Of a stretch of DNA of 64,000 nucleotides, positions 8,418 to 18,867 are shown piece after piece; the stretch's first letter is position 1, and each line of letters starts with the position of its first letter. The notes below the pieces were generated by a model, which searched no databases, was not told the DNA's origin, and worked only from the letters and a program-made list of their open reading frames with translations. The stretch is taken from positions 10,756 to 74,755 of the forward strand of contig JAKQBN010000030.1 in assembly GCA_029559475.1 (NCBI GenBank), read 5' to 3'. The stretch comes from a bacterium (GTDB taxonomy: Bacteria > UBA4055). The position numbers and the translations under genes are program-made.

Positions 8418-10795
8418 TTTCCGTAAACAGTCTTCGCTTCGTTACCTTCAAGCACCAAAAGTTTGCCTGCAGGTATTTCAGGTGAAACGGCGTCAGTAAT
8501 AATCTTCTTAAACTGTTTACTGTCTTTGCACCTGTTATAAATTTCGTTTATCGAATCGTTCCTAATGTAGTTATAAACAATGTGTTTACCTGTCTTGTTC
8601 TCATCGGCTACGAATACATCTTTTTCGAGCATTGACAGAAATTCAGTTTCGCAGAAGGCAGGGATGAGGACAACATTCTCGCCGTTAAGTTTGTTTTTCA
8701 GAACCATTTCAACCTCCATTTTCTCGAACGGAAGAAGAAAAATACCGGGTTCGTTTGTCGAGAATTTTTTATAGAACTCATATTCATCTGCAAGCGGTTC
8801 AATTCGGGATATGCTCTTGTGGAACAATTCCTTATCCTCGAAATTATCACCCCAGCTCGATCCGAAATTCAAAAGCTTGGAAAGCTCTTTGTTGATCGTT
8901 CCGAAAACGGTCTCACCCGATATGATCTGTTTATCGATCCCGCACTGAAACAGATCCGCAGCAAGATGCTGTAAATTTCCCAGTGAATCAGTAAAAATAA
9001 AGACCTGTCTGCCTGAATCAATAGCGGATTTAATCTGATCATAAGGAACTGGCATAAATCCAAATCTCTGTTTTAATGATGAAGCTATTATGAAATCATA
9101 ATCGGAAATATCAGTGTCGGAACCTTTTAAAAGTCCTGAACTTTCTGAAGAATAGTAATTTAGATAAACTGTCTTATGGCTTGAATCCCTGAGTTCGACT
9201 ATCGATGACCCTGGAAGTGACCCGGACGAGAAGAATTTTATGTTTACCAGTCCTTTAAAATTATAACCTTTTCCCATCGGCGTTATCCTTATTACTCTTT
9301 CGTTCAGGTTGTCAACGTCCCTCCTGCTGAAATCCGCACAGCTGCTTGTTAGCGCAATACTGGGATTGTTAAGCTCTCTCATCCATTTTATCCTGGCGAT
9401 CTTAAAAGATATGTCAGAAGTAAAGAGCTTTGCGTTGGGATTTGCTGACATTATCTGCGGTATGACCCGTACCTGCTCGTCCAGCGCGTTCGTCATTATT
9501 ACTATGTCAATATCGCTGCCGTCGTATTCGTATTCCGGATCTATAAGTATCTTCACGCCTGTAATATCCGTAAACAGTGAAGTTTTTTTATCTTCAGTTC
9601 TCAGACCTGTTAGTTTCATGTAATTGTTTTCTTCAGACAATTCGATCCTGTTCCTTATCCTGTCAAGTCTGTCAATTATCATCTTTCTAATGTCGCCGCT
9701 GTATTCGACGAACTCAAGTTCAAACATCATTGTGCCGAGTTTTGCCTGATTCTGAAAATAAGGCTCTACCGCTCTTGAAAGATCTTTGTTCCCTGTGTAG
9801 AAGATCAGATATTTTCCTGTTATCTTTTCAAATATAAGATACTTTACAGAGAAGTTCTCGTTCAGAAGTGAGTTCTGTAGCTTGAACTGAGTTAGAGCCG
9901 TATCTATTTTCTCCCTTACGAAGATGTAATTCTGGTAAAAACTGTTCAGATAGCTTATGGTCTTGCCGTCTTCAGGCACTAATACAATATCGAAATTATC
10001 GAAAACATATTCCTTGATCTCATTGAATACTTTCAGGAGGTTCTTGTAGAATTTACCGTAATTCGTATCTGGTTCTGAAATAAAATTGACAATATAACCT
10101 GTTCCCGGTTTAAAATTTACATCTAGGATCCTTTCTGCCACGGATAAAGTCGGCTGCTTGCTTTCAAAAACGATCTTATTGAAGATATTCTCGTTTTTTC
10201 TTACGTATTCAAGGATTATTTCGAGTATTTCCTGCGGTGATTTACCCGTTTTTCTGACGGTATAGTTTCTCTGAGGCTGAGATTTAACTTCCTGAGGCTG
10301 CGGAACTTTCTCTTTTTCTTCATCATCTAGATATTCTTGCCGAACAGCTATGCTTATATGGGCCTTCAGTTCCGCTTTGAGTTCGTTAAGCCTCTGATCT
10401 TTTTCCTCACGGATGTTTTTTATTTCCTCAAGAACGTTTTCGGTTATCTCTAAATTCTCCGAACAAATAATTCTGTCTATGCAGTCGACGTCTTTATAAA
10501 GTGAGACCATCTCGGAAATACCGTTATAACCTGATGCGAATTCGACACATTCATAACCTGAATAATTTTCATCATAACTGATAATGCTGCTTTTTGATTC
10601 TGCAATTGATTTCTTAGCGTTTTCAAGAAGAGACATGTTCATTTCTTTAATTTCATCGGGCATTCCGTCAAAATCGAGAGAATTCATATAACTTATTGTT
10701 TTTTTACTTTTTTTGATCCTTTCTACAGAATCAGTATTGATCCTGATGCCTTTCGTCAGCTCTCTTATAATTTCTTTCATTTTTTTAGTCTCCAT
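8414..10795 (-). CDS. Large hypothetical protein: N-terminal coiled-coil region plus degenerate metallo-beta-lactamase/beta-CASP-like C-terminal domain
   Basis: The C-terminal half follows the MBL pattern (KILIDP...DIVIMTNALDEQV...KFFSSGSLPGSS) with the metal-binding His residues absent. Confidence 0.55.
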   Translation of the reverse strand: METKKMKEIIRELTKGIRINTDSVERIKKSKKTISYMNSLDFDGMPDEIKEMNMSLLENAKKSIAESKSSIISYDENYSGYECVEFASGYNGISEMVSLYKDVDCIDRIICSENLEITENVLEEIKNIREEKDQRLNELKAELKAHISIAVRQEYLDDEEKEKVPQPQEVKSQPQRNYTVRKTGKSPQEILEIILEYVRKNENIFNKIVFESKQPTLSVAERILDVNFKPGTGYIVNFISEPDTNYGKFYKNLLKVFNEIKEYVFDNFDIVLVPEDGKTISYLNSFYQNYIFVREKIDTALTQFKLQNSLLNENFSVKYLIFEKITGKYLIFYTGNKDLSRAVEPYFQNQAKLGTMMFELEFVEYSGDIRKMIIDRLDRIRNRIELSEENNYMKLTGLRTEDKKTSLFTDITGVKILIDPEYEYDGSDIDIVIMTNALDEQVRVIPQIMSANPNAKLFTSDISFKIARIKWMRELNNPSIALTSSCADFSRRDVDNLNERVIRITPMGKGYNFKGLVNIKFFSSGSLPGSSIVELRDSSHKTVYLNYYSSESSGLLKGSDTDISDYDFIIASSLKQRFGFMPVPYDQIKSAIDSGRQVFIFTDSLGNLQHLAADLFQCGIDKQIISGETVFGTINKELSKLLNFGSSWGDNFEDKELFHKSISRIEPLADEYEFYKKFSTNEPGIFLLPFEKMEVEMVLKNKLNGENVVLIPAFCETEFLSMLEKDVFVADENKTGKHIVYNYIRNDSINEIYNRCKDSKQFKKIITDAVSPEIPAGKLLVLEGNEAKTVYGK

Positions 10796-10875
10796 AAATA
10801 TTTACAGAATATTGAATATATGATTTAAGATTAATAAAATCAAGCGTCTGTTGTTAATCTTTATTAATTATCGGT

Positions 10876-10904
10876 TTGCCGTTGGACTGCATTTGATTTA
10901 TATT
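10876..10904 (+). promoter_or_regulatory. sigma70-type promoter of ribD operon (probably leaderless)
   Basis: TTGCCG-N17-TATATT; ATG is 8 nt downstream and there is no SD. Confidence 0.6.
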
Positions 10905-10912
10905 TCCGGTCT

Positions 10913-12007
10913 ATGAAAGATCTTAGCAGTAAATATATGGAAATTGCGATAAAACTTGCCTTAAAAGGAGCAGGAAAAGTAAGTCCCAACCCCATGGTCG
11001 GAGCTGTTATCGTAAAGAACGGCGTGATCATCGGAAAAGGCTATCATAAAGCCTATGGTCAGAACCACGCTGAAGTCAACGCTTTCGAATCCTGCGTAAC
11101 CGATCCTGCAGGCGCCGATATGTACGTTACACTGGAACCGTGCTGCCATTTCGGTAAAACTCCGCCCTGCACCGGCAGAATTATCAGGGAAAAAATTAAA
11201 AGGGTTTTTATAGGTTCGGGCGATCCCTCTCCTCATGCGGCTGGAAAAGGAATTGTTCAGCTGAAGAACGCCGGAATAGAAGTAGTTACCGGGGTATGCG
11301 AAAAGGAATGCACTATCCTGAATGCCGCTTTTTTAAAATTCGCAACAAAGAAAACTCCGCTGATCGTTATCAAAGCAGCGGTTTCAGCGGACGGATGCAT
11401 GGCGGCAGATTCTGGCGATTCCAAATGGATCACGAATGAAAAAAGCCGTAAATATTCTCACAGGCTTCGCAGTTTTTATGACGCTGTCCTTGTCGGAAAG
11501 AACACCGTAATTAACGATGATCCCGAACTGACAGTAAGACATGTGAAAGGTAGAAATCCGGTAAGAATTGTTCTTGACAGCAGGCTTGAGATACCTTCAT
11601 CTGAAAAAGTGTTCGACGGCACATCAGAAACGATCGTTATCTCCTCAAATTCTGCTGATAACAAAACGGCTGAAACCTTTTTGAAAGACAGAGGTATAAC
11701 TGTATTAAAGGTAGATATGAAAGACGGCTTTCTGGATTTGAAAACTGCTTTTATGCTGCTCGGAGAAAGAAAAATAACATCGGTAATGGCTGAAGGTGGA
11801 GGCACTATTCACAGCTATCTCTTAAATAACAGGATTGCTGACAGACTGAATCTTTTTACTGCTCCGGTTCTTATTGGAAGCGGTAAAAGATTTTTTTCAG
11901 GATCTGATTTCAGCTCCGTTGACAGTTCAATATGGCTTGATATAATTGATATCAAACATTTTGGAGACGATATTTTCACCGATGCTTTCTTGAGGTACAG
12001 GGATTGA
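10913..12007 (+). CDS. ribD: Riboflavin biosynthesis bifunctional deaminase/reductase RibD
   Basis: PNPMVGAVIV, HAEVNA, TLEPCCHFGKTPPC, SKWIT and EGGG motifs. Confidence 0.96.
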   Translation: MKDLSSKYMEIAIKLALKGAGKVSPNPMVGAVIVKNGVIIGKGYHKAYGQNHAEVNAFESCVTDPAGADMYVTLEPCCHFGKTPPCTGRIIREKIKRVFIGSGDPSPHAAGKGIVQLKNAGIEVVTGVCEKECTILNAAFLKFATKKTPLIVIKAAVSADGCMAADSGDSKWITNEKSRKYSHRLRSFYDAVLVGKNTVINDDPELTVRHVKGRNPVRIVLDSRLEIPSSEKVFDGTSETIVISSNSADNKTAETFLKDRGITVLKVDMKDGFLDLKTAFMLLGERKITSVMAEGGGTIHSYLLNNRIADRLNLFTAPVLIGSGKRFFSGSDFSSVDSSIWLDIIDIKHFGDDIFTDAFLRYRD

Positions 12008-13389
12008 AAATTACAAAAGAAACGAATTTTCTTCTTGCCTCCGATTTTTTTACGATCGGGCTTTCAACTGTGATCCTTTTTATAATAAAATTCAAATCGG
12101 CTTATTTTAAAACTTACACAGAACATTCATATTACGAACTTATCATAATAATACCGATACTTCTTCTTTTCTGGCTGGTGATCTTTCATATAAAGGACCT
12201 CTACAAATCCTTCTATTTCAGAAGCGCGATCGAAATCGCTTTAAGCAGCGTTTCGGGACTGACATTAGGCATTGTTATACTCTATGTAATTACAACGATG
12301 AATTTTCACGAATTTTCGGGAAAAGGTCTTCTCATTTATTATTTACTTCTTCTATTTTTCGTAGTATCAGGAAGGGTTGTCTTCAAGATAGTACTAAATC
12401 ATTTTCTGAAAAAAGGGGTAGGACTCCGCAACGCGCTGATAATAGGCTATAATAAATCCTCAAAAAAGATTATCAGGGAGTATCAGAAAGGCCGGCTTCT
12501 CGGACTGAACATCCTGGGATTCATCGACGACGGTAAGAACAATCCCGAATATCAGGGATTTAAGACCTTAGGCGATCTTGATGTGTTTGAAAATATAATC
12601 AAAGAAAATCATGTGCGTGAGATAATTATCTCTGTCGAAGTAAAAGATCCTTTCCTGATAAATACGATAATTTTAAAGTCAAAGGATCATAACGTCTATT
12701 ATAAGGTCGTACCGTCGCTGGAGGACATTATAAGCGGTAATGTAAGGACATACGAACTTTTCGGGTATAAGCTCCTCGAACTTTTCCCGGACATTTTGTC
12801 ACCTTTCCAGAGAGCATTAAAAAGGGCTTTCGACATTATAGTATCTCTCGTTCTTTTAGTACTGACTTTACCCATAATGCTGATCTCTGCAATTATTATT
12901 AAATTGGATTCCAAAGGCAGTATCATCTATACGCAAGACAGAGTAGGGAAGGATTTTAAGGAGTTCACTCTTTATAAATTCAGATCTATGATGGAGAACG
13001 CTGAAGCAGAAACAGGCGCGGTCTGGGCAATAAAAGGAGATACAAGAATTACGAAATATGGTAATTTTATGAGAAAAACCCGTATAGACGAGCTTCCTCA
13101 GCTCATAAATGTTCTGATGGGTAATATGAGCTTCGTAGGACCAAGACCTGAGAGAAAAGTTTTCGTGGACAACTTTATTCAGGCAATACCTTATTACTAT
13201 AAAAGGCTTCATGTAAAGCCCGGTCTGACCGGCTGGGCGCAGGTTAAACATAAATATGACGAATCGTTCGATGACGTAAAGGAAAAACTTAAATACGACC
13301 TGTATTATATTGAGAATATTTCACTTAAGCTCGACTTTATTATATTGTTTTACACAGCTAAAGTCGTAATAAATTTTAAAGGACATTAA
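12004..13389 (+). CDS. Undecaprenyl-phosphate sugar phosphotransferase (WcaJ/CpsE-type priming glycosyltransferase)
   Basis: N-terminal TM helices, a Rossmann-like middle region, and KRAFDI, YKFRSM, RIDELPQLINVL, VGPRPE, KPGLTGWAQV motifs. Confidence 0.92.
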   Translation: MKITKETNFLLASDFFTIGLSTVILFIIKFKSAYFKTYTEHSYYELIIIIPILLLFWLVIFHIKDLYKSFYFRSAIEIALSSVSGLTLGIVILYVITTMNFHEFSGKGLLIYYLLLLFFVVSGRVVFKIVLNHFLKKGVGLRNALIIGYNKSSKKIIREYQKGRLLGLNILGFIDDGKNNPEYQGFKTLGDLDVFENIIKENHVREIIISVEVKDPFLINTIILKSKDHNVYYKVVPSLEDIISGNVRTYELFGYKLLELFPDILSPFQRALKRAFDIIVSLVLLVLTLPIMLISAIIIKLDSKGSIIYTQDRVGKDFKEFTLYKFRSMMENAEAETGAVWAIKGDTRITKYGNFMRKTRIDELPQLINVLMGNMSFVGPRPERKVFVDNFIQAIPYYYKRLHVKPGLTGWAQVKHKYDESFDDVKEKLKYDLYYIENISLKLDFIILFYTAKVVINFKGH

Positions 13390-13403
13390 TTCCGGAGTAA
13401 TAA

Positions 13404-15980
13404 ATGATGAAGAAATTCCTCACGATTTTAACCCTGATCTGCGCATTTTCTGTATTCGCCCAGAATGAAGAACTTATGAAAATGTACGAGAAGATCACGG
13501 GAAAAGATCTTAAAAAGGAACTTGAGACTTTGAAAAACAAACCTGTGCCCCAGAAGTTCGAAACAAAGACAGCAGAAGCCGATACGGTCAGTGTCCCTGA
13601 CGAAGAATTTTTCCATGAACCTGAAAAGGCTGACTCTCTGGAACAGAAAACATATTTTGAAAAATACGTTTCAGGTGAACTGATCGACCCGTACAAAACC
13701 GATCTGAAGCAGTTCCGGATAGATTTTTCTTCGGTCAGAACTAACCTGAATTATAACAGGCAGATCCCTGACGCCTATGAAGTAAATTCGGGTGATGTTT
13801 TCGCAATAGATATCTGGGGGGCGATGGAAAAAAATTACGTAATTGAAGTTAACAATGAAAATTTTATTATCATTCCGCAGATAGGAAAAGTTGATATTTC
13901 CGGAATGAATTATAAAGAAGCTAAAAATACTATCTCTTCAAAACTCGATAAGATCAACGGTATCAAATACAGCGTAAGAATAAGTGAAGTAAAACCTATA
14001 ACTGTTTTTGTCGTCGGGAACGTTCACAAACCCGGTGTTTATAATGTTTCGCCTTTTACAAGCATCGTGGAAGTTCTTGCAGTTGCGGGAGGGGTCACTC
14101 CTGAAGGTAGCTTAAGGAACGTCGGCCTTGTTTCTGAAAAAAGCGGTTCAAAATATATCGATCTATATTCTCTGATTTTCTTCGGGAAAAATCCGGTATC
14201 AGTTCTTGAATCCAATATGACGATATTCGTTCCTCTTATAGGAAAACAGGCTGCCGTAGCCGGGAACGTTAAAAGAGAAGGTATATTCGAGTGCCTGAAC
14301 GGTGACAAGCTCTCAGACATTCTGAAGATCGCGGGATCAACACCCTTTTCCGATACTTCGAGAATTGAGATCGAAAGGCTTGATAAAGAAGGAAGAAGCG
14401 AAGCTCTTTCAACTTCTTTAAAAGAAGACCCGAAGATCGCAGATGGTGACATAGTCAGGATATTCTCGACGCTAGTATTCAATTCGAAATATGTTTATCT
14501 GAAAGGAAATTTCAGGCACAACAAGAAAATACAGTTCACAGACGGCATGAAACTGGGTGATGTTATGACCGATAAAGAAGTTCTGTACGAAAATACAGAT
14601 CTAAATTATGCGAACGTAATTCGTAAAAACGGCCTCGGGAACAGGGATATTATGATAAATTTCTCCCCGTTAAGCGTAATCAACCGGCTCGGAGATCACG
14701 ACCTTGCTCTATTTCCGCGTGATACTGTTGAAGTATTCAGCCTTGACAGCGTATCATTTTTCCCGTCAGTTGAGATCACCGGTGAAATTAAAAAACCCGG
14801 CACATACAAATTCACAAAAGATATGAGCGTGTCCAACCTTCTGTCATTCTGCGGAGGACTGACCAGCGTTGGAGATATAAAAAATATCATAGTTATAAGA
14901 AGCAACGCCGAAAAGGGATTTGAATATTTTTCAGAAGTACAGGCCGACAGCTTTTTGCTTAAATCTGACGACAAAATACATGTGTTCGATTATACTGCAA
15001 AAAATCCTGTTCAGAAGGTTGGAATATGGGGTAATGTAAAAAACCAGGGTAACTATATACACTCTGACGGTATGAGCGCGTACGACCTTTTAAGCCTGTC
15101 AGGAGGCTTCAGAAACGATGCGATGACGGATTCTGTCGAAGTCGTTTCTGGTATAAATAAGAAAAACAGGATCCTGAAAACAAGCTGGTACAGCCTTAAA
15201 CAGCTTGACAATATATTGCTTGAACCTAATGATGTTGTTTTCGTGAGAAGAATAAGAGACTACGCGAAAGTGAATTTCGTCAAGATAATCGGAGAAGTAC
15301 AGTTTCCGGGGATGTATGCTTTAAGGGAAAATGAAGAACTTGCAGATCTTCTTGTCAGATGCGGCGGATTTACCAAAAACGCTCAGATAAAGTCAACTCA
15401 GATATTCAGAGATGAAGTTAAGAAAAAACAGGCCAGCAAGATAAAAGAACTGAGAGATGAATTAAACAACAAACTTCAGGTTCAGATGATCATGTCCGGA
15501 GATAAGGATCTTGCAGGCGCGCTGAATATTGCGAAATTCGATTCGGTTGAAGCTTCAGGAAGGGTGATCCTTGATATTGACGAAAAGGGAAACCACGAAG
15601 AATTCTTCTTCCAGGATAAAGATTCTATCTACGTCCCGCCGGTATCAAGAACGATAATCGTTATGGGTGAAGTATATCAGCAGACCGCTATCACCTTCAA
15701 CAGCAAAAAAACTGAGGTTAAATATTACCTAGACAAAGTCGGCGGTATAACGAGTACCGGAGACAGGGACAATATCTATGTGATTAAATCCAATGGAGAG
15801 CTCGTAAAAGAAAAAGGCTGGTTCGACAACATTATGTCGTACGATCTTGAGCCCGGGGACATGATCTATGTGCCTTACAACTACGACAGAATAGATTTCT
15901 TTCAGCTGACGAAGGATGTAACGACGATCCTGTATCAACTCAGCCTTTCTGCGGCCACAGTTTACCAGATGTCAAATTAA
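13404..15980 (+). CDS. Polysaccharide export protein with multiple SLBB domains (KpsD/Wza-like)
   Basis: Signal peptide, Poly_export-like YEVNSGD segment, repeated VxGxVxxPGxY...GG SLBB units. Confidence 0.87.
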   Translation: MMKKFLTILTLICAFSVFAQNEELMKMYEKITGKDLKKELETLKNKPVPQKFETKTAEADTVSVPDEEFFHEPEKADSLEQKTYFEKYVSGELIDPYKTDLKQFRIDFSSVRTNLNYNRQIPDAYEVNSGDVFAIDIWGAMEKNYVIEVNNENFIIIPQIGKVDISGMNYKEAKNTISSKLDKINGIKYSVRISEVKPITVFVVGNVHKPGVYNVSPFTSIVEVLAVAGGVTPEGSLRNVGLVSEKSGSKYIDLYSLIFFGKNPVSVLESNMTIFVPLIGKQAAVAGNVKREGIFECLNGDKLSDILKIAGSTPFSDTSRIEIERLDKEGRSEALSTSLKEDPKIADGDIVRIFSTLVFNSKYVYLKGNFRHNKKIQFTDGMKLGDVMTDKEVLYENTDLNYANVIRKNGLGNRDIMINFSPLSVINRLGDHDLALFPRDTVEVFSLDSVSFFPSVEITGEIKKPGTYKFTKDMSVSNLLSFCGGLTSVGDIKNIIVIRSNAEKGFEYFSEVQADSFLLKSDDKIHVFDYTAKNPVQKVGIWGNVKNQGNYIHSDGMSAYDLLSLSGGFRNDAMTDSVEVVSGINKKNRILKTSWYSLKQLDNILLEPNDVVFVRRIRDYAKVNFVKIIGEVQFPGMYALRENEELADLLVRCGGFTKNAQIKSTQIFRDEVKKKQASKIKELRDELNNKLQVQMIMSGDKDLAGALNIAKFDSVEASGRVILDIDEKGNHEEFFFQDKDSIYVPPVSRTIIVMGEVYQQTAITFNSKKTEVKYYLDKVGGITSTGDRDNIYVIKSNGELVKEKGWFDNIMSYDLEPGDMIYVPYNYDRIDFFQLTKDVTTILYQLSLSAATVYQMSN

Positions 15981-15990
15981 ATCTGATATC

Positions 15991-16890
15991 ATGAGGCTTC
16001 TGAGCAGCATACTCGAGAATTATTATGACAGTCTTCTTTTTTATAAAGGCCTTAGCGGACTTACGCTTGAATCGTACAGCAACGACCTTAAGCGCTACAC
16101 GGTCTTTCTTGAAGAAAAAGGTATAAAATATCCTGATGACGTTAAAGCCGAGCATATACGCGAATTCATAACCGTTCTCAGGGATCTAGGTCTGATGATC
16201 TCTTCAGTTGTCAGAAATCTGTCATCAATACGGAATTTTCACAAATATATGGTGAATGAAGACGTTACGCAGAATAATCCTTCCCTTAACATCGATACTC
16301 CCAAAGAGCCTAAAACATATCCTGCCGTTATGACAGTTGACGAGATCGAAAAACTTTTTGCGGCAGTTGATACGGAATCTGATCTGGGTAAAAGGGACAG
16401 GGCGATGCTTGAAATGATGTACGCCTGCGGTTTAAGAATCTCAGAACTCTTGAATATTGAGTATAATTCTGTCATTTTTCCGGAAGGAATAGTCAGAGTT
16501 ATCGGCAAAAGAAATAAAGAAAGGATAGTCCCGATAGGAAGCAGCGCCCTTTCATTTCTGAAAACGTATCTTTCAGACATCAGACCGGGTCTCGCCTCGA
16601 AAGGAGCTTCCAGATCCTCTCTGTTCCTGAATTCGAGAGGAGGTAAAATGTCGAGAATGGGATTCTGGAAAATAGTCAGAAAATACGTTCAGGCGGCAAA
16701 TCTGTCAATTGACATTCATCCGCATACTTTCAGGCATTCTTTCGCGACCCACCTTCTTGAAGGCGGAGCGGACTTGAGATCCGTCCAGGAGATGCTAGGT
16801 CACGCTGACATAACGACAACTCAGATATACACTCACATTGACAGAGAGCATCTGAAGCAGGTTTACAGGCAGTTCCATCCGAGAGGCTGA
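15991..16890 (+). CDS. xerD: Site-specific tyrosine recombinase XerD
   Basis: RDRAMLEMMYACGLRISEL, HPHTFRHSFATHLLEGGADLRSVQEMLGH, TTQIYTH and C-terminal HPR. Confidence 0.93.
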   Translation: MRLLSSILENYYDSLLFYKGLSGLTLESYSNDLKRYTVFLEEKGIKYPDDVKAEHIREFITVLRDLGLMISSVVRNLSSIRNFHKYMVNEDVTQNNPSLNIDTPKEPKTYPAVMTVDEIEKLFAAVDTESDLGKRDRAMLEMMYACGLRISELLNIEYNSVIFPEGIVRVIGKRNKERIVPIGSSALSFLKTYLSDIRPGLASKGASRSSLFLNSRGGKMSRMGFWKIVRKYVQAANLSIDIHPHTFRHSFATHLLEGGADLRSVQEMLGHADITTTQIYTHIDREHLKQVYRQFHPRG

Positions 16891-16964
16891 TTTTTATCTT
16901 AATATTCTTGAATATAACTGATTATTAATTTATATTTATAACTGCTGAATTAAACAGGTAAATT

Positions 16965-18188
16965 ATGCGCCGGTCGTTCGAATTATTCATAGCCCTCAGA
17001 TATCTTCAAAGCAAGAGAAAGACCGCTTTCATTTCCACGATAACCTATATCTCTTTTATCGGCATAACGCTCGGAGTCGCAGTCCTTGCTATTGTGATGT
17101 CCGTTATGAACGGCTTTGAGTCGGAAGTCAGAACTAGATTCATATCGAACGATTCTCACATCCGCATCCGCTCATTCAATGACAGGCCTTTTCTTTATGA
17201 TGACGATCTGAGGAACCTTCTTCTTTCCGATTCTATGATAAAAGGGCATTCGCCTTTTATAGAATCCTACGGAATGATCAAAGGCGATTATACCGAAGGT
17301 TCTCTTGTAAGAGGAATAGACATGAGCACAGTTCAGTCCGTCTCTCTATTAAAAGGTCAGATCGTAGCAGGAAAACTCGGATTCGATACAACTCAAACCG
17401 GCCTTCCCGGCATAATCCTCGGAAAAGGAATGGCGGATAAGACAGCTTCGATCATCGGAAGCGAACTTTTTATAATTTCACCAGCCATCAGCAGCACGCT
17501 TTCGCAGCCGCCCGTGATGAAATTCGAAGTGACAGGGATTTTCGAGACAGGCCTGGCAGAAATTGACGGCAGTCTTTCTTATATTTCTCTTGAATCAGCC
17601 CAAAAGATATTCAAGATGCCTGAAATGGTGAACGGAGTTTATGTCGATCTTTCTTCGATCAGACATACAGACAGAATGAAGGAAATTCTGAATTCAGAAC
17701 TTGAATATCCTAAAAATGCGGTATCATGGAAAGACATGCATAAGAACCTTTACGCGTGGATGGAGATCGAAAAAATGATGATGGGCACAATATTGAGCCT
17801 TATAATAATTATAGCCGCTTTCAATGTGCTGTCGAGCCTTATCATGATCGTTATGGAAAAGAAACAGGAGATAGGCATCCTGATGGCTATGGGCGCTACA
17901 AAATCCGTTATCATGAGGATATTCATGCTTCAGGGAATGATAATAGGAGTTGCCGGCACCGTTCTGGGTCTGATCATCGGTTCGGCAGTATGCCTGATCC
18001 AGCTCAAATACAAAATAGTTTCACTTCCGGGCGAGATCTATTTCATAAACGCTATGCCGATAAAAATGCTTATGAGAGATTATATCATCATCGGCGCAGT
18101 ATCTCTTCTGTTAACATTTTTATCTACAATTTATCCATCAAGACAGGCGGGCAGAATGCTTCCCGCGCAGATAATAAGGGACGAATAA
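16965..18188 (+). CDS. lolC: Lipoprotein-releasing ABC transporter permease LolC/E
   Basis: ALRYL...FIS, MSVMNGFE, AAFNVLSSLIMIVMEKKQEIGILMAMGA; adjacent to lolD. Confidence 0.9.
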   Translation: MRRSFELFIALRYLQSKRKTAFISTITYISFIGITLGVAVLAIVMSVMNGFESEVRTRFISNDSHIRIRSFNDRPFLYDDDLRNLLLSDSMIKGHSPFIESYGMIKGDYTEGSLVRGIDMSTVQSVSLLKGQIVAGKLGFDTTQTGLPGIILGKGMADKTASIIGSELFIISPAISSTLSQPPVMKFEVTGIFETGLAEIDGSLSYISLESAQKIFKMPEMVNGVYVDLSSIRHTDRMKEILNSELEYPKNAVSWKDMHKNLYAWMEIEKMMMGTILSLIIIIAAFNVLSSLIMIVMEKKQEIGILMAMGATKSVIMRIFMLQGMIIGVAGTVLGLIIGSAVCLIQLKYKIVSLPGEIYFINAMPIKMLMRDYIIIGAVSLLLTFLSTIYPSRQAGRMLPAQIIRDE

Positions 18189-18203
18189 ATCAAAGAGAAA
18201 ATT

Positions 18204-18866
18204 ATGCTTGTGAACGTAAAAGGACTTTATAAACGATATCTGATTGGCAAAAAAGAAATACCTGTGCTGAAAGGCATAGATTTCTCAATAGAGACAGGCG
18301 AAATCGTTGCTGTTATGGGAAAAAGCGGAGCCGGTAAATCGACTCTGTTAAACCTTATAGGAACGCTTGATAAACCGGACAGCGGAGTTATCGAGTTCAA
18401 AGGTGAGAATATTTTAAAATATGATGACAGGAAACTCGCGCGTTTCAGGAACGAAAATCTGGGATTCGTTTTTCAGTTCCATTATCTTCTTCCCGAATTT
18501 ACCGCGATCGAGAACATTATGCTTCCCGGACTGATAAGAGGAGAAGACCGGTCGGCTTTATTAAAAAAAGCTGAAGAGCTCCTTGAATCGATAGGGCTTT
18601 CTGACAGAAAGCTGCATAAAAGCGCTGAGCTCTCAGGCGGAGAGCAGCAGAGGATAGCTTTCGCAAGAGCTATCATTAATAAACCTTCACTGATACTGGC
18701 AGACGAACCTTCAGGCAACCTTGACAATCAATCTTCAGAAATGCTTCATGAGATTATGTGGAACCTTGCTAGGGAGAACAAAACCGCTTTCATTGTAGTT
18801 ACTCACGACAAAAATCTCGCCGATAAAGCTGACAGAATAGTAAATATCGTTGACGGAGTGATCTGA
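18204..18866 (+). CDS. lolD: Lipoprotein-releasing ABC transporter ATPase LolD
   Basis: Walker A GKSGAGKST, LolD motif GFVFQFHYLLPEF, LSGGEQQR, LADEPSGNLD. Confidence 0.92.
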   Translation: MLVNVKGLYKRYLIGKKEIPVLKGIDFSIETGEIVAVMGKSGAGKSTLLNLIGTLDKPDSGVIEFKGENILKYDDRKLARFRNENLGFVFQFHYLLPEFTAIENIMLPGLIRGEDRSALLKKAEELLESIGLSDRKLHKSAELSGGEQQRIAFARAIINKPSLILADEPSGNLDNQSSEMLHEIMWNLARENKTAFIVVTHDKNLADKADRIVNIVDGVI

Positions 18867-18867
18867 A

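Noticed and set aside
15991..16890. Tyrosine recombinase as an island or prophage integrase
   Set aside because: It has typical XerD length and motifs, sits among housekeeping genes, and no att sites or mobile cargo are nearby.
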